64,000 nucleotides of DNA, from positions 372,001-436,000 of the forward strand of contig JAWMAR010000131.1 of the NCBI GenBank assembly GCA_036785375.1. The letters are read 5' to 3'. Positions 61,780-64,000 of this stretch are shown here, piece after piece. The notes beneath the pieces are model-generated. The model worked only from the letters and a program-made list of their open reading frames with translations. It had not been told where the DNA came from and did not search any database. Position 1 is the stretch's first letter, and each line of letters starts with the position of its first letter. The position numbers and the translations under genes are program-made. This DNA is from Leucoraja ocellata (Eukaryota).

Positions 61780-62360
61780 TTCTTGTCAGATGAGGCCACT
61801 ACTTATTGCCCATGCACAACTGCCCTGGAGAAGATAGTGGTGAGCCATCTTCCGACTGGCAACAGCCCATGTGGTAAAGGTACTCCACAATGTAGTAATC
61901 CAGTAATTAGATCAGGCAATGGTTAACGAATGGCAGTATATTTCTGAATCAGAGTGATGCATGACTGGGGGGATGGATCTGCTGGTGGTAACGTTCCCCC
62001 ATGTTCCCCCAGTAGTATGTTTCTTTCTGGATAGTGGAGCTTGTGGGTTTAGGTGATGCTGTCAGAGTAGCCAGGACAAGTGACTGCAGTGCATTTGTAG
62101 ATGATACACAGGTGGAAGGAATGATTGGAAGTAATTCAAGCAAGCAGTCTGTTTCGTCCCAAATCGCGTTGAAATTTGGAATATTGTTTGAGGTGGATTT
62201 ATAGAGGCAAGTGTGGTGTTTGTTGGGAAGTGATCGACTTGCAGCAGGATTCCCAACTTCTTACGTGCTCTTGGAACTGTGGTATTTACGTGGCTGAACC
62301 AGTTGAGCTTCTAGTCGTCCGAGCTTCCGAGCTAATGGTTCCCAGGATGTTGCTTATGAA
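61780..62360 (-). mobile_element. Old CR1-clade LINE 3' region
   Basis: Reverse complement of the tail family at 34000-34250 (ttattgcccat..aactgccctggagaag..ggtgagcc). Confidence 0.55.
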
Positions 62361-63710
62361 AGTGGTGCCTTTGTGTGTAAAGAATATGAAGGCGGAAGAG
62401 AGTGCAGATGCTGTAATCTGGAGCAAAATCTATACTGCTGGAAGAACTCAGCAAATCAAGCAGTTTCATTGCGACCATTCAGTGTTGACCTGTGCAGCTC
62501 AGACTGCACCCTGGCTGACGCAGTAAATGCAGGCCAATGCTGAGGGCTGGCAGCACTTGCATCAGTGATAGACCACCTGGATCCAATGATCTCCATCATC
62601 TACTGTTGGCTGTGAAGGAAGTTGCTGTCATCCTCTATCTTTGGCTTCAAGTCTCTCCACAACACAGAGTTTGACCAGTTCAATGGCAGTGAGTAGACAT
62701 CACCAAAGCAATTCATTGTTGGTTATGTAACAGGATCCTGGTAACAGAATGTACCTCGACATGTGAGCTGCTGTAATGACCCCTTCTAGCAGTGATTCCA
62801 TTAGCACCTAGTTCCTGGTAACCTATCCTGTGTGCCAAGCAAGATACCCGTGTTTTCTGTCTCCAGAGCTATGAAATCCCTATTATATTGGTGTGACCAA
62901 CATGAAACTAAATCAGGTCCTTGTGCAAGCTCCTTAATTCTTCCTCCTCACCCACACGTATATCCTATTATTTCAGCCAACATCCAATCCATAAATTGTT
63001 ATATGAAAATAAATGAAGCAAGTTTTTTCATTAATTTAAAAGAACAATCTGGTGCATATTAAGTTTAAACACGCATTTCTGCTTTTTCTTTGTCTTGCTT
63101 ACACCTTAACCTATAATGACACAAGCCTGAGTATTTTTTCAATTTTGACTATAAAAAGGTTAGAATTAAATGTTCTTTTGCATTATACAGTTATGACTCA
63201 AATTTGTCCAATGAAATGTTCAGCAGTCAACTGTCAAGCAGGTTTGTTTTCATTGTCGAAGCTGCTGCACAGTTTCCATGTTACCCCTCTTTGAAGAATT
63301 GCTTTAACTGCAATTTATTCCATGAGTCAGTTCAGAGATTCAGTTATTTTCATTTTTTACTCAGAATGTTATGCCAACATTGTCTTATTATAGCAATGAA
63401 ATGTGTGCAAACCTCACATTAGCAGAACAGCTACCACTTATGAAATTACTTCAACAGGCACTAAACCATTTTTCTCTGCTTATTTTAGGAGCTCCTTTGA
63501 TTATTCTGTTGGTCTGTTATCACAACTAGCATCTAAAACGGTCTGTACAGGTTTAATTTTAATGATTGGAATTTGTGACTGGTCTACACAATCCTTGGTT
63601 ATGCGTGGTATTATCATTGATCCGTGGTCAGAGATTTTAAGGCAACTGGGATCCAAATATATTATTTGATATAATGTGGTTTATCCAAAGCATTTTCAAA
63701 ATGTGCAGCT

Positions 63711-64000
63711 AGGAACTGCAGATGCTGGTTTACACAGCAGAAACACACACAATGCTCGAGTAAGTCAGCGGGTCAGGCAGCAACTCTGCAGAAAAAGAAT
63801 TGGTGATGTTTCAGGCCGAAACACTTCTTCAGACTGAGAGTCCGGGAGGAGGGAAACTAGAGGTTCAGAAAAGGCTCAGAACAAATCAGAGCTGGCATCG
63901 ATGGCCAAGGAAAGGTGGAGCCCACAATGGACAATGAAGGGATATATGGAATTACAGAGTAACAGTGAGAGAGGATGTTGCAGAACTCCCATCGGAGAGA
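63711..64000 (-). mobile_element. Penelope-derived terminal repeat running off the window
   Basis: aggaactgcagatgctggtttacac..gtcagcgggtcaggcagc..ggtgatgtttcaggccgaaacacttcttcagact. Confidence 0.75.

Overview
AT-rich vertebrate genomic DNA. The repeat complement (HE1-type V-SINEs, CR1/HER1-type LINE tails, abundant Penelope-derived repeats) points to a cartilaginous fish, probably a skate or ray; this is an inference. The only host coding sequence is the ~3.1 kb main coding exon of a teashirt zinc-finger homeobox gene, best read as TSHZ2 (+ strand, splice acceptor at 22881-22882, stop at 25969-25971). Exon 1 is not visible in the window. A strong splice donor 9 nt after the stop suggests the downstream DNA may be a 3'-UTR intron. 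The rest is non-coding with many transposon remnants: SINEs, CR1, Rex1/Babar, RTE and L2 LINE fragments, Tc1/pogo, Harbinger and hAT MITEs, a Helitron-like end and Penelope-like elements (PLE). The most notable signal is the ~90-150 bp repeat found about 14 times. It is the terminal repeat of a GIY-YIG Penelope-like element and carries a minimal hammerhead-ribozyme core (CTGAAGA-stem II-GAAACGTC). It also occurs as tiny fold-back insertions with 10-15 bp target-site duplications. A ~200 bp diverged non-TE duplication (30183-30380 / 32581-32789) rich in homeodomain-type motifs is a candidate duplicated enhancer. There is one 150-N assembly gap. Boundaries of degenerate repeats are approximate and all family names come from motif recognition, not database searches.
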